Of a DNA stretch of 64,000 nt, positions 11,350-20,676 are shown in pieces. The position numbers and the translations under genes are program-made. The notes beneath the pieces were generated by a model, which did not search any database, was not told where the DNA came from, and worked only from the letters and a program-made list of their open reading frames with translations. Origin of the DNA: Candidatus Poribacteria bacterium (GTDB lineage Bacteria > Poribacteria > WGA-4E > WGA-3G); assembly GCA_958295945.1 (NCBI GenBank), contig OY282386.1, forward strand, positions 1,687,371-1,751,370, written 5' to 3'. Within the stretch, counting starts at the first letter, position 1. Every line of letters starts with the position of its first letter.

Positions 11350-12786
11350 ATGAAAAAACGAACTCATGTCAGTTGTATAATTATATTGTTTTGTATTTTA
11401 CAGAGTTTCGTCATAGATTCAACTTTCGGTCAAGACGACTCTTTGGTTGAAAAGGTCCTTGAGAATCACAAGGAAACCCTAAAACAGAAAAAAGTAAAAA
11501 ATGTTCTGCCGGATGCATTAAAAGAATTCAAGGAATCTGAAATTCATGCAGTTTTGATCCAGAAAGATCTAACCCAGTTGTTTGCGAACCCTGAAGATTT
11601 AGAGGAAATAACAGATGAAATAGATGAAGAATTCATAACATTACTCAAAGAAGATAACGGAGTTCAAGCAATATTTAATGATGCAGACTTCCTCAGTCTG
11701 ATGCAAGACAAAGATGCAATCGCAGAACTTGCAAGACTTATCAAAGCAGATTGGTTGGAATTTAGGATAAGAAATGTTCACATCCTGCCGCTTTTGTTAA
11801 TAGTCGTAGTGTGCCTTTTGGCACTGGGCAAAGGAGCAGATTGGCTTGTTGACGAGGCGGTGGTGTTATCTTCGCAGTGGGGGTTAGGCAAGGCTGTTAT
11901 CGGGGCAACGATTGTTAGTATTGGGACAACAACACCCGAAGCAGCGGTTTCCGTACTATCGGCTATACAAGGAGAACCGGGACTTGCTCTCGGCAATGCA
12001 GTCGGTTCAATTATCTGTGATACAGGACTGATTTTAGGGTTGGCTTCACTGATTGCCCCTTTATCGTTCAATAGAGAGTTAGCATCCCGTCTGTCCAATG
12101 TTCAGGTGAGTGCTGGAATTCTCTTGGTATTAGCCTGTTTTCCTTGGTCATCTCCAGTAAAAGTCTTTACTCAAGGCGGGACTCTCTATCAGGGCATAGG
12201 CATTGTTTTCGTTGTTCTGTTAGGACTCTATATATGGCAATCTATCCGATGGGCAGGTTCAATCACGTCTGAATCTGAAACTGTAACTGATGAAGAAACA
12301 GAACACAAAAGATCAAGCACGTTTGTCACCCTACTTAAACTTATCGGGTCAATTGCTATTGTTGTTGTCTCTGCACAAATCCTCATCCCAACAGTGAAGA
12401 CACTTGCAATAAGATTTAATGTTCCGGAGGAGATCGTTGCTGCAACGCTTGTTGCATTTGGCACATCGTTGCCGGAACTTGTAACAGCGATCACAGCAGT
12501 CAGACGCGGGCATGGTGAATTAGCAGTCGGCAACATAATCGGTGCAGATATTTTGAATGTGCTTTTTGTCGCGGGTGTATCAGCAGCTGCTACACCTAAC
12601 GGTCTACAAGCATCAGGCAAATTTTTCCAATTCCTATTTCCTGCAATGGTGATTATTCTGATCGTATTCCGAATTGGTGTCTTCGTTTCAGGAAGTCAAC
12701 TGAAACGTCCGTTTGGGGTTGTCCTAGTGGCAATTTATATTTTAGTGACAGTCCTAAGTTATATTTTTTCTGTAGATATGCATTAG
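11350..12786 (+). CDS. CaCA-family cation/Ca2+ antiporter (YrbG-like) with an extra N-terminal ~140-aa domain
   Basis: Two alpha-repeat signatures, GATIVSIGTTTPE and VAFGTSLPELVTAI, are each followed by multiple TM helices. The N-terminal signal-like hydrophobic segment and acidic region are atypical. RBS cggaggagtaATG. Confidence 0.75.
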   Translation: MKKRTHVSCIIILFCILQSFVIDSTFGQDDSLVEKVLENHKETLKQKKVKNVLPDALKEFKESEIHAVLIQKDLTQLFANPEDLEEITDEIDEEFITLLKEDNGVQAIFNDADFLSLMQDKDAIAELARLIKADWLEFRIRNVHILPLLLIVVVCLLALGKGADWLVDEAVVLSSQWGLGKAVIGATIVSIGTTTPEAAVSVLSAIQGEPGLALGNAVGSIICDTGLILGLASLIAPLSFNRELASRLSNVQVSAGILLVLACFPWSSPVKVFTQGGTLYQGIGIVFVVLLGLYIWQSIRWAGSITSESETVTDEETEHKRSSTFVTLLKLIGSIAIVVVSAQILIPTVKTLAIRFNVPEEIVAATLVAFGTSLPELVTAITAVRRGHGELAVGNIIGADILNVLFVAGVSAAATPNGLQASGKFFQFLFPAMVIILIVFRIGVFVSGSQLKRPFGVVLVAIYILVTVLSYIFSVDMH

Positions 12787-12898
12787 ACAGGACGGACGCA
12801 TTCCCCCCGCTTGCGGGGGGTTAGGGGGGTAAAATAGGCAGAAATTGGAGTTTTTAACCCCCTACCCCCCTTATCAAGGGGGAATGCGTCCGTCCTGA
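12786..12898. repeat. Nested palindromic element family C (copy C1), terminator-like at the 3' end of the CaCA gene
   Basis: Outer inverted repeat caggacggacgcattcccccc / gggggaatgcgtccgtcctg encloses an inner inverted repeat ggggggttaggggggtaaaa...ttttaaccccctacccccc. Related copies lie at 20610-20693 and 21831-21940. Confidence 0.7.
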
Positions 12899-13152
12899 CA
12901 ATATCGGAACAGCTTATCTTATGCCATTTCTATAAATAGACATTATGCCGATTTAATTGTCCAATGTTGCTTCATTCAAGGCGTGGCGTGTAGGGGCGAG
13001 GTTTCCTCGCCCGACTGGAATACCCGTGGACGGGCGGGGAAACCCCGCCCCTACGATGTTCACAAGGGACGCTGATTAATTCATTATCCTGGAAATCCTG
13101 GTTCAGCCATTTATTTTTTGTCTGATATTTTGATGTTTCAGCCTCTTATCTT

Positions 13153-13191
13153 ATCCTGGAAATCTACTAATCCTGAAAATCCTGGTTCAGA
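13153..13191 (+). mobile_element. MITE family B partial copy (right end only)
   Basis: tcctggaaatctactaatcctgaaaatcctggttcagac matches the right end of the full copy at 48450-48608. Another right-end fragment lies at 8106-8155 and a further degenerate piece at 13086-13106. Confidence 0.6.
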
Positions 13192-13859
13192 CAATACCAA
13201 AAACCCACAATTCTCACAAAAAAACCCACAATTCTCACAAAAAACCACACAATTCTCAAAAAAAATGCATTTTTTTGTAATTTTTTCTTGACTTATAACG
13301 TATATTTATATACAATATATCACATACTTCATGTTAAGACATTTAATAAGGGCAAACACATAGAAAATTAATTTGCTTAAGTTTGTAATTCGTGTTATCA
13401 TTATTATATGTTGAATATATGATTTCAATTTTCATAAAACAAACCGATACTTTATAAACAAAATAAAAGGTATTGGCAACTGAGGACACCAGAGAAAAAG
13501 ATATAATTTCTATAACGGAGTCCCGCTTAATTTTAAGACGATATAAGTTTAATTTGACATTATATTGATTTTCACTTATAATTAGTATACTAAACCTTGC
13601 AAACTGGCGCGAATTATTGGGATAGATAGAAAACATATTCGTAAATGCCACATGCAAGGACAAGCATCAATAACCCCGATGTAGGTAAAAATAGATGGAT
13701 AGATTAGGTGTGTTATTGATTGAGATAGGTAAACAGGTTCCCCTTGTTTAAACACAATATTAATACAAAATATTAATATTTACGATTGGAAAGATAGATT
13801 AACAGGATTTAATCCCTGAATCTTAACTTGAATTTAATATTTCTAAGGAGATTTTTATA

Positions 13860-16800
13860 ATGAGTTTATTCAATAAACTTACAATTTTCTCAATTTTAAT
13901 TTTAATGGCAGCGTTTGTTGCGTTGCCTGTGATGGCGCACCAATTACCAGCAGCACCAGCCAGTGCTACTCAAGCGGTGAAAGACGCTGTTGATGCACAC
14001 AATGAGAATCCTCATGATCCCGATGACACTGATGTTGCTGCAGATCATGCTTTGGTTAAGTCAGTTACGGTCAGTAGTATGTACCTAACACCCACAGCAC
14101 CGATTCAAGCAACTATTACATTAGCGGATGGTGTAGCAGCAATAGTAGATGATCCTGCTACTGCCGATGACAATGATGACGATGCTGGGAATGAAAACGA
14201 GGCAAGGCACGCGACATTAGCGAACACCGATCCGGATATCTTGCCTACTGGTATCAGCATACAAGTTGGAACAAAGCAAACAGATGGGACGTATACTTAT
14301 GCTGCTCCCACAACTGCCGCGAATGCCCCACAGGCAACAGCCGTTCTCAAAACTCTGACTGAAGGGTCAGGTGATACTGGGAGTGGAGCTGTCTACACTG
14401 TCTACATATCGGTTCCGGCAGATGCAACTGCAAGAGATGATGGTATGTATCGTATAAGTGTTACCACTGAGGCTGGAATTTATAATCCTGCTGATGTTAA
14501 TGCCACATTTCTGATGGATACTATTAAGCCAACAGTGAAGGATGTTATGGTCAGACCCATTGGTGAGGATTATGCAAACTTAGATGGTGAATGGTCTGAC
14601 CCCTTTGAGATTACCTTTATGTTAGAAGATCCTTTGGACACAGATGACTCAGACGAACCTATAGCAAATACGGCTTCTGGGTTAAAGCTCAGCACACTTA
14701 TGTTTGTTGCCACTGATGAAGATAACGAAGTTGTAACGGACGAAGTAATGTTTGGTGCTGCAAGTTTCATTGGTAATGGTCAGTATGTTGTCAAAGTTAC
14801 ACCAGTAACTGCTACAGCGGTTAAACCTAAAGCGACAGTCAAAGTCACCGTAAAAGTTATGGATATGGCTGGTAACGAAGGAATAAGTACGGATATGCTT
14901 GAGCCCGACGGAATGAGTAGGGATCCGCTTGAGGTTAAGTTGGCACAAAGAGCAGCTACTGGAACCGGCACCGGTACTAGTGATATGGGTGTGCCTACTG
15001 TAACGATAACAGATGCAGCTGGGACAGATGCTAATGTTGGTAAAGTGATATTCACATTTAAATTCAGTGAGGCACTTATAACAACCGGTGAAAACGCTTT
15101 TACCGTTGCCGATCTGGATGTTAGCAACTCGCCAACCTTAGTCGCAGCAAACTTGATGACAACTGATAATATTACCTATACGCTAACGATCACGCCTACC
15201 AATGATAAATTTCCTGTGAAAGTTTCGTTTAAATCTACAGCGAAAATAGCAGATCCATCAGATAATTTAATGGAAACCGGCACAAATGGGTTGGGAGCAA
15301 CTGGCACATATACCCCGCCAGGTGTGTTAGGTGTGGAAATTGATGCACCCGAGAATCTTGACTTGGGGGTGTTGACGTTTACATTTACTTTCGCTGAAGC
15401 ACCATCTGAAAAGGAAGGTGATGCTGGGCAATTTACGGTAAGTGATATTCGAGTGAGCAACGCAGAACCGTTGGTTGCGGCTAATCTCGCCCAGCAACTA
15501 AAAAGTGATGATGATGATGATGATGAAGTTGTCTATGAGTTAGATGTCACACCTACGGATGCAACAAAACCTGTGACAGTGCAACTCAAAGCCCGTTCAG
15601 TATCGAATGGTGGACCCACAGAAGAAGATGCTGATAAATCTTTACTTATTGCTGGAGAGATTAGTTCTACATGGACACCCCCAGTAGTTACTCCGGAAAC
15701 GCCTCCAGATACTATTATGATTCCCGCAAACAGCTACGTTGTTGTTGTCCGAGATAAAGACGCAGCATCTGGCATCGGTGGATTAGCATTCCGTAGTGAT
15801 GTTACGGTGAGAGAATGGCCAGAGATGCCGGATTTAGAACGTCTTTTCTATACAGGTAATGACGGTATTATCCTCGGAGGAGGCGGTGGTGGTGCGCTCA
15901 TCTTAAAAGAGTCTGATACACAATCACCTGATTTAGTACCTGGCACAGTCGGGATTAGCGAAATTATGTGGGCGATTGATGCCAACTACTTAGGTAATAC
16001 GAATCTAAATGCGTATGCAGGTTCACAGTGGATTGAACTCCACAACTTAAATACCACTTCAGTGAATGTCATGCTGTCTTGGAAAACGGGCCGTGCTATT
16101 ACCAGTGATGGAAGCATCATAGGTAACCTTGCAAACCCGGTTCTTGATGTTGTTACAAACTTCTTCCATGATCGTCCAGGAAATTCGCGTTGGGAAGTGT
16201 ATGGTTCTAACGGTGCCAGTATTGAAGGCATTGACTTCGTCTCTATGGCCCGTAATGGCACGTTTAATCTGAACCGTAGAACCGCAAACAAAGCTGATAA
16301 ACCTCTCAACGGTAGATACACAAGAACAGGTGGAAGTGAGCACAGTCGTGACGGCAGAAACAAAGATCATTGGGCGGTATCTACAGCTGCGTATTTAAGT
16401 AAACGCACAGTCCGAGCCGATGGTAATGATGTTCTCTATAAGTATGTCGGTACACCAGGCCGTGCAAATACATTTAGCGCAGAGAGCCAGCAACATATCA
16501 GAGCGACCCGGCGAAATGTTCCGGCAAGCCCGGTTATCATCAATGAGGTTGCAAACCGACTGAATTCAAGTAAAAGTTATGAATGGATTGAATTACGCAA
16601 TGTTACGGATAGTGAAGTTAACTTACGGAATTACCTTATTTCCATCGTAACTTCTAATAGCAGTGATGCTGTGTTTTATCAGTTCCCAGCGAATGATAAC
16701 GCAAAGATTGCACCACAAGGTGTTCTGCTCTTAGTCGCTTCCGATCCGAAAGGCAACTCAAATCATCCGTTGGCAGTCGGTTGGAATGTTGATATCATTG

Positions 16801-18542
16801 CTGAAGGTGATCAAGCACGTGGTTTGGCTGAAATCGGTATTCATGCTACTTCCAAACACGGACGTTATAAGGTCGCTGATCCCACAGCACCCAACAGACC
16901 CGGAATGTTTGGTGGTGATCAACCAGGCTTGCCTGACGATGGAAAGTTTGTGTTGATTCTGCGTAGCCCGGACAACCATGAAGGACACCGTTCTGGCCAA
17001 GATGGCGGCAAAGGTGTTGCTGAAACAGGCAAAGATGACCTTAATAGAGTCGTTGATATTGCTGGATGGGATGAGGGTTTGGCTAAAAACTCATATCCGA
17101 ATGCCGTTTCTTCTACCAGTCTTTGGCCCCTCCATGCAATGGGTGGTCCTTTCAGTCATAACAGACTTGAGGCAGGTGCTTCAGGTGCAGTTCACGTTCG
17201 TCGACATCCTACGACAAATGATGGACGCGCAGGTACTGGTGGAGCCGAAAACAAGAACGAGGCCGGTAAAGCTGCGTTTGCACGTAATGTAGGTTATACG
17301 GGTATCGGTTACAGACGTCAAGCGGCTGATAGTGGTGTGCACGGTGGTGATCCTGGTTATTACAGTATGACGAAAAATAGCGCACACGCTAACGACGGTG
17401 GTCCCCGAGTCTATATTAGTGAAATTATGTTGACACAGGGCATTGGACGTAGTTCTGGTTTGCCTCAGTGGATTGAGCTTTACAATGCCTCTGATTACGC
17501 TGTGAACCTTGCTGGTGGTGATGGTGTTGGTTGGAGACTCGTGATTGAAACTCCGAATGATCCTATCCGAACCATTAACTTTAGAAATAAAGGGAATGTT
17601 AAGACCATTAACCCGAAGCAAACAGTGTTGATCGTTTCTGCGGCAGCTCGGAGTATCGGCAGTGATATTTTATCTGCGAGCACTGTATTTCCAGACACCC
17701 GTGTGTTTAATGTCTATAAAGAATTGAAAAGTCATTTTGAGATGACAAATAGAACTTCCGCGTTCGTGAATCCTAAGGCATTCAACATCAGATTATATGA
17801 TGGTGGGAAAAAGGTTAATAACGTTGTCACCTATACTATGTCGGATGAAATCGGCAATCTTGACGGTAATGCCCGAACGAGTGATATGAATACATGGGAT
17901 TACCCTAAGAGTATTGCGGAGGATGGATTCCGGACATCGCTCGTGCGTGTCTTTGATAATGGTATGGCACGTTCGGCTCTAAGCATTGACGAAAGTGATG
18001 TGCTACCGTTGGGTGCTAAAAAGATGGATGCTACCGTTAATCTGAAAAATCACGAGATTCCTGCAAAATATGCTTGGATCCGTGCTTCACAGGCAAACTT
18101 TATCGGTGGTCGTTATATTCGTCATACATGGTATGGTCATGAAAGAGACTACGGTACACCCGCTAATCGCTTGGCTCAAATATTACCTGTCAGATTGTCA
18201 TTCTTCCGTCCGACTCTTGAAGATGGTAAAGTTGTTATCCGTTGGACTACCGAATCTGAACTCGACAACGCTGGATTCAATATCCTCCGTAGTCAAGACC
18301 GTAATGGTGAGTTCACAAAGGTCAACGACCAGTTGATCCAAGGTAAAGGTACCACAGCGGAACGTAGTAATTATAAATGGGTAGATACTTCAGCCAAACC
18401 GGGTGCAGTATACTACTATCAAATTGAGGACGTATCCTTCGCTGGTGAGCGTCAAACGCTTACGACCACTAAGATGAAAGGCTTAATTTCTGCTAAAGAT
18501 AAGCTGACAACGAAGTGGGGCGAATTGAAAGAGGTACAATAG
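13860..18542 (+). CDS. Giant secreted protein with three lamin-tail-domain (LTD)-like modules and Thr/Asp-rich Ig-like N-terminal repeats
   Basis: Signal peptide MSLFNKLTIFSILILMAAFVALPVMA. Three LTD-like signatures: ISEIMWAID...QWIELHNLNTTSVNV, PVIINEVANRLNSSKSYEWIELRNVTDSEVNL and YISEIMLTQG...PQWIELYNASDYAVNL. Poly-D and poly-G tracts and a C-terminal beta-sandwich-like domain (VIRWTTESELDNAGFNILRS...YYYQIEDV). It is preceded by a ~1-kb AT-rich, repeat-rich intergenic region. Confidence 0.7.
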   Translation: MSLFNKLTIFSILILMAAFVALPVMAHQLPAAPASATQAVKDAVDAHNENPHDPDDTDVAADHALVKSVTVSSMYLTPTAPIQATITLADGVAAIVDDPATADDNDDDAGNENEARHATLANTDPDILPTGISIQVGTKQTDGTYTYAAPTTAANAPQATAVLKTLTEGSGDTGSGAVYTVYISVPADATARDDGMYRISVTTEAGIYNPADVNATFLMDTIKPTVKDVMVRPIGEDYANLDGEWSDPFEITFMLEDPLDTDDSDEPIANTASGLKLSTLMFVATDEDNEVVTDEVMFGAASFIGNGQYVVKVTPVTATAVKPKATVKVTVKVMDMAGNEGISTDMLEPDGMSRDPLEVKLAQRAATGTGTGTSDMGVPTVTITDAAGTDANVGKVIFTFKFSEALITTGENAFTVADLDVSNSPTLVAANLMTTDNITYTLTITPTNDKFPVKVSFKSTAKIADPSDNLMETGTNGLGATGTYTPPGVLGVEIDAPENLDLGVLTFTFTFAEAPSEKEGDAGQFTVSDIRVSNAEPLVAANLAQQLKSDDDDDDEVVYELDVTPTDATKPVTVQLKARSVSNGGPTEEDADKSLLIAGEISSTWTPPVVTPETPPDTIMIPANSYVVVVRDKDAASGIGGLAFRSDVTVREWPEMPDLERLFYTGNDGIILGGGGGGALILKESDTQSPDLVPGTVGISEIMWAIDANYLGNTNLNAYAGSQWIELHNLNTTSVNVMLSWKTGRAITSDGSIIGNLANPVLDVVTNFFHDRPGNSRWEVYGSNGASIEGIDFVSMARNGTFNLNRRTANKADKPLNGRYTRTGGSEHSRDGRNKDHWAVSTAAYLSKRTVRADGNDVLYKYVGTPGRANTFSAESQQHIRATRRNVPASPVIINEVANRLNSSKSYEWIELRNVTDSEVNLRNYLISIVTSNSSDAVFYQFPANDNAKIAPQGVLLLVASDPKGNSNHPLAVGWNVDIIAEGDQARGLAEIGIHATSKHGRYKVADPTAPNRPGMFGGDQPGLPDDGKFVLILRSPDNHEGHRSGQDGGKGVAETGKDDLNRVVDIAGWDEGLAKNSYPNAVSSTSLWPLHAMGGPFSHNRLEAGASGAVHVRRHPTTNDGRAGTGGAENKNEAGKAAFARNVGYTGIGYRRQAADSGVHGGDPGYYSMTKNSAHANDGGPRVYISEIMLTQGIGRSSGLPQWIELYNASDYAVNLAGGDGVGWRLVIETPNDPIRTINFRNKGNVKTINPKQTVLIVSAAARSIGSDILSASTVFPDTRVFNVYKELKSHFEMTNRTSAFVNPKAFNIRLYDGGKKVNNVVTYTMSDEIGNLDGNARTSDMNTWDYPKSIAEDGFRTSLVRVFDNGMARSALSIDESDVLPLGAKKMDATVNLKNHEIPAKYAWIRASQANFIGGRYIRHTWYGHERDYGTPANRLAQILPVRLSFFRPTLEDGKVVIRWTTESELDNAGFNILRSQDRNGEFTKVNDQLIQGKGTTAERSNYKWVDTSAKPGAVYYYQIEDVSFAGERQTLTTTKMKGLISAKDKLTTKWGELKEVQ

Positions 18543-18842
18543 GGTTAAATTCAGGGATATTTAACCAGTTCTCCTAACAATAAGGAATCTGCAGAAACCT
18601 TATTGGAGAGAATTTTCTAAAATACACCCATTATAGGAAACTATTGTTCTTTCCCGATGCAATAGTTTCCTAATTGGGCTAAGTTTAACTGACCTAACCT
18701 ATCCAACTAACCTATCAAAATAGAGACTTGCATCCCCTGCAAGTCTCTATTTTATTTTTTTTCGCGAATCCAGGGCCGGTAGGTTCGGTTAGGAAACCGC
18801 ATGGACCACTATGAATCGGGTTAATTGGTATTAGAAACGTCA

Positions 18843-18966
18843 AACTCACAATCCTGAAACATCAAAATCTCATCCAAAAAATAAACTGCAACTTGGGAAT
18901 ATGAACTTTGGAGAGCCACACTCACAATCCTGGAAATCTACTAATCCTGAAAATCCTGGTTCAGAC
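18843..18966 (+). mobile_element. MITE family B copy lacking the left TIR
   Basis: aaactcacaatcctgaaacatcaaaatctcatccaaaaaataaactgcaacttgggaatatgaactttggagagcca...tcctgaaaatcctggttcagac is near-identical to 48480-48608. Confidence 0.7.
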
Positions 18967-19000
18967 AATACCAAAACCCACTATAAAACTGCAGTCATTC

Positions 19001-19078
19001 TTTCGTAGGTCGGGTAGAGGCACGAAACCCGACAGGATAGACCTAATCAACACGTGTCGGGTTTCGTGCCTCTACCCG
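19001..19078. repeat. Perfect long hairpin (30-bp stem) at the 3' end of the thrC-like gene, repeat family G
   Basis: gtaggtcgggtagaggcacgaaacccgaca (19001-19030), then a 22-nt loop, then tgtcgggtttcgtgcctctacccgacctac. A half-copy lies at 20263-20292, with related cccgtagg motifs at 20562-20580 and 60215-60300. Confidence 0.7.
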
Positions 19079-20185
19079 ACCTACAAGATTAGACTTCAAC
19101 CCACTACCCGTAAGAATAGAAACCGTAACATCATCATCTTGGATAACACCGTCATGTCGAAACTTCTCATAACCATTAATCACAACAGCGGAGGTCGGTT
19201 CAACATAAATACCTTGTTCAGCAAGCGTCCTCGTCCCAGCAAGGATGTCAGCATTATCCACAGTCGCAAATGCCCCGTCAGAGAAACGGATAGCATCCAG
19301 AAGCATCTCACTACGGACAGGAAGTTCAGCGGTAATACCTTCCGCAAACGTCTGAGCGGTTTGAGGCATTCTTGAGATAGTAGCAGTCTTATCTCGGTAG
19401 GCGTTGTAGATAGGGCAACAGGTAGCAGGTTGAACCCCAAGCAGACGCGGAACACGATCAATCACACCCGCATCATAAAGTTCAGAAAAACCGAGGTATA
19501 AACCAAGATAGATGCTACCAAATCCCACAGGACAGATAATATGCTGTGGCAAAGAGTCACCAAATTGTTCAGTGATTTCAAAAGCGAGAGTCTTCGTGCC
19601 TTCTAAGAAGAAAGGATTCCAATTGTGAGAAGCATAGCAGGTGTTATCAGCAGCGAGTTGAACTGCCTCCGTAGTTGCCGCCCGATTTCCCTGCACCAGT
19701 TTTAACGAAGCACCGTAAGCAGAAATCTGTTTCAACTTACCTTCTGAAGTGGAGTCAGGACAGTAGATCGTGCAGTGAATACCTGCCCGCGCGCTATACG
19801 CAGCGATGGCAGCACCCGCATTACCAGAAGAGTCCTCTACCACCGCATCAACTCCCATCGCCTTCAGATGTGTCAACAACACGGAGGCACCACGGTCTTT
19901 ATACGACCCAGTTGGACAGAGGTAGTCTAATTTTACGAAGTGTTTCGGGTTCTCTATAGGATATAAAGGAACAATAGGCGTTATCCCTTCCCCAAGCGTA
20001 ACGATGTCTGCGTCTGCGGGAATAGGTAATGCATCACGATAACGCCAGAGGGATGGCGTTGAATCGTCCCATTGATATGAATAGGATGTGTCTTTATTGA
20101 GCGTTAGCGGCGAACCGCAATCACATTTATAACGTAAAGGAGAGATGATGTAGGCAATGTTACATGTCCCACATAAGTATTGCAT
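19043..20185 (-). CDS. Threonine-synthase-like PLP-dependent enzyme (fold type II) with an N-terminal zinc-ribbon
   Basis: PLP lysine motif GSYKDRGAS, glycine-rich loop SSGNAGAAIAAY and an N-terminal CGTC...CDCG Cys4 ribbon, as in archaeal-type ThrC and ThrC-like enzymes. Confidence 0.65.
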   Translation of the reverse strand: MQYLCGTCNIAYIISPLRYKCDCGSPLTLNKDTSYSYQWDDSTPSLWRYRDALPIPADADIVTLGEGITPIVPLYPIENPKHFVKLDYLCPTGSYKDRGASVLLTHLKAMGVDAVVEDSSGNAGAAIAAYSARAGIHCTIYCPDSTSEGKLKQISAYGASLKLVQGNRAATTEAVQLAADNTCYASHNWNPFFLEGTKTLAFEITEQFGDSLPQHIICPVGFGSIYLGLYLGFSELYDAGVIDRVPRLLGVQPATCCPIYNAYRDKTATISRMPQTAQTFAEGITAELPVRSEMLLDAIRFSDGAFATVDNADILAGTRTLAEQGIYVEPTSAVVINGYEKFRHDGVIQDDDVTVSILTGSGLKSNLVGRVEARNPTRVD

Positions 20186-20676
20186 ATTATGTAGCGCAAT
20201 CTGCCAGATTGCATATTATGTAGCGCAATCTGCCAGATTGCGTAGCACCTTCTTTAGTCCCGTAGGTCGGGTAGAGGTACGAAACCCGACATGATAGCCC
20301 CTCTTATTTTATAGGTAAATATCGCGATTCGGAGATCGCTCCTACCGGCTGCCCACTCATTGTGGTAAATATCGCGATTCGGAGATCGCTCCTACCGGCT
20401 GCCCACAAAACCTAATACCATTTCTATAAATGTTTATCCCATTAACATTTGTTAAGAATGTCTTGAAGGACAGCACAAACTGGCAGTTTGTGGTACAATA
20501 ATGGGGCGTTTTCTATTAGAAATGGTATTATGTAGCGCAATCTGCCAGATTGCGTAGCACCTTCTTTAGTCCCGTAGGGACGATATGTTTATAGCTAAAC
20601 TTATCCCCCTTGATAAGGTCAGACGTCCTTATCCCCCTTGATAAGGGGGGTAGGGGGGTTAAGCCCGAATTTTTTC
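20186..20676. repeat. Composite intergenic repeat cluster
   Basis: 2 x attatgtagcGCAATCTGcCAGATTGC palindromes (20186-20243); a family G half-hairpin (20263-20292); 2 x 47-bp direct repeat ggtaaatatcgcgattcggagatcgctcctaccggctgcccac (20317-20405); MITE A copy A3 (20415-20528, minus orientation); another GCAATCTGcCAGATTGC (20529-20560); and family C copy C2 (20610-20693), which overlaps the PhyH stop codon. Confidence 0.75.

Noticed and set aside
10856-11450. Three overlapping ORF-track CDSs (149-180 aa) encoding MCYNRTIWQNVLQPHNLAECATTAQSGR repeats
   Set aside because: They lie entirely in the 14 x 28-bp tandem DNA repeat. 28 is not a multiple of 3, so all three frames are open by construction. 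There is no RBS or start context. They are repeat artefacts, not genes.
13343-13663. 106-aa minus-strand ORF in the AT-rich leader of the LTD gene
   Set aside because: It is in extremely AT-rich low-complexity sequence, with asparagine- and tyrosine-rich nonsense composition and no RBS.
18908-19375. 155-aa plus-strand ORF
   Set aside because: It spans a MITE B copy, the 30-bp-stem hairpin and the 3' end of the convincing minus-strand thrC-like gene. It has no homology support.
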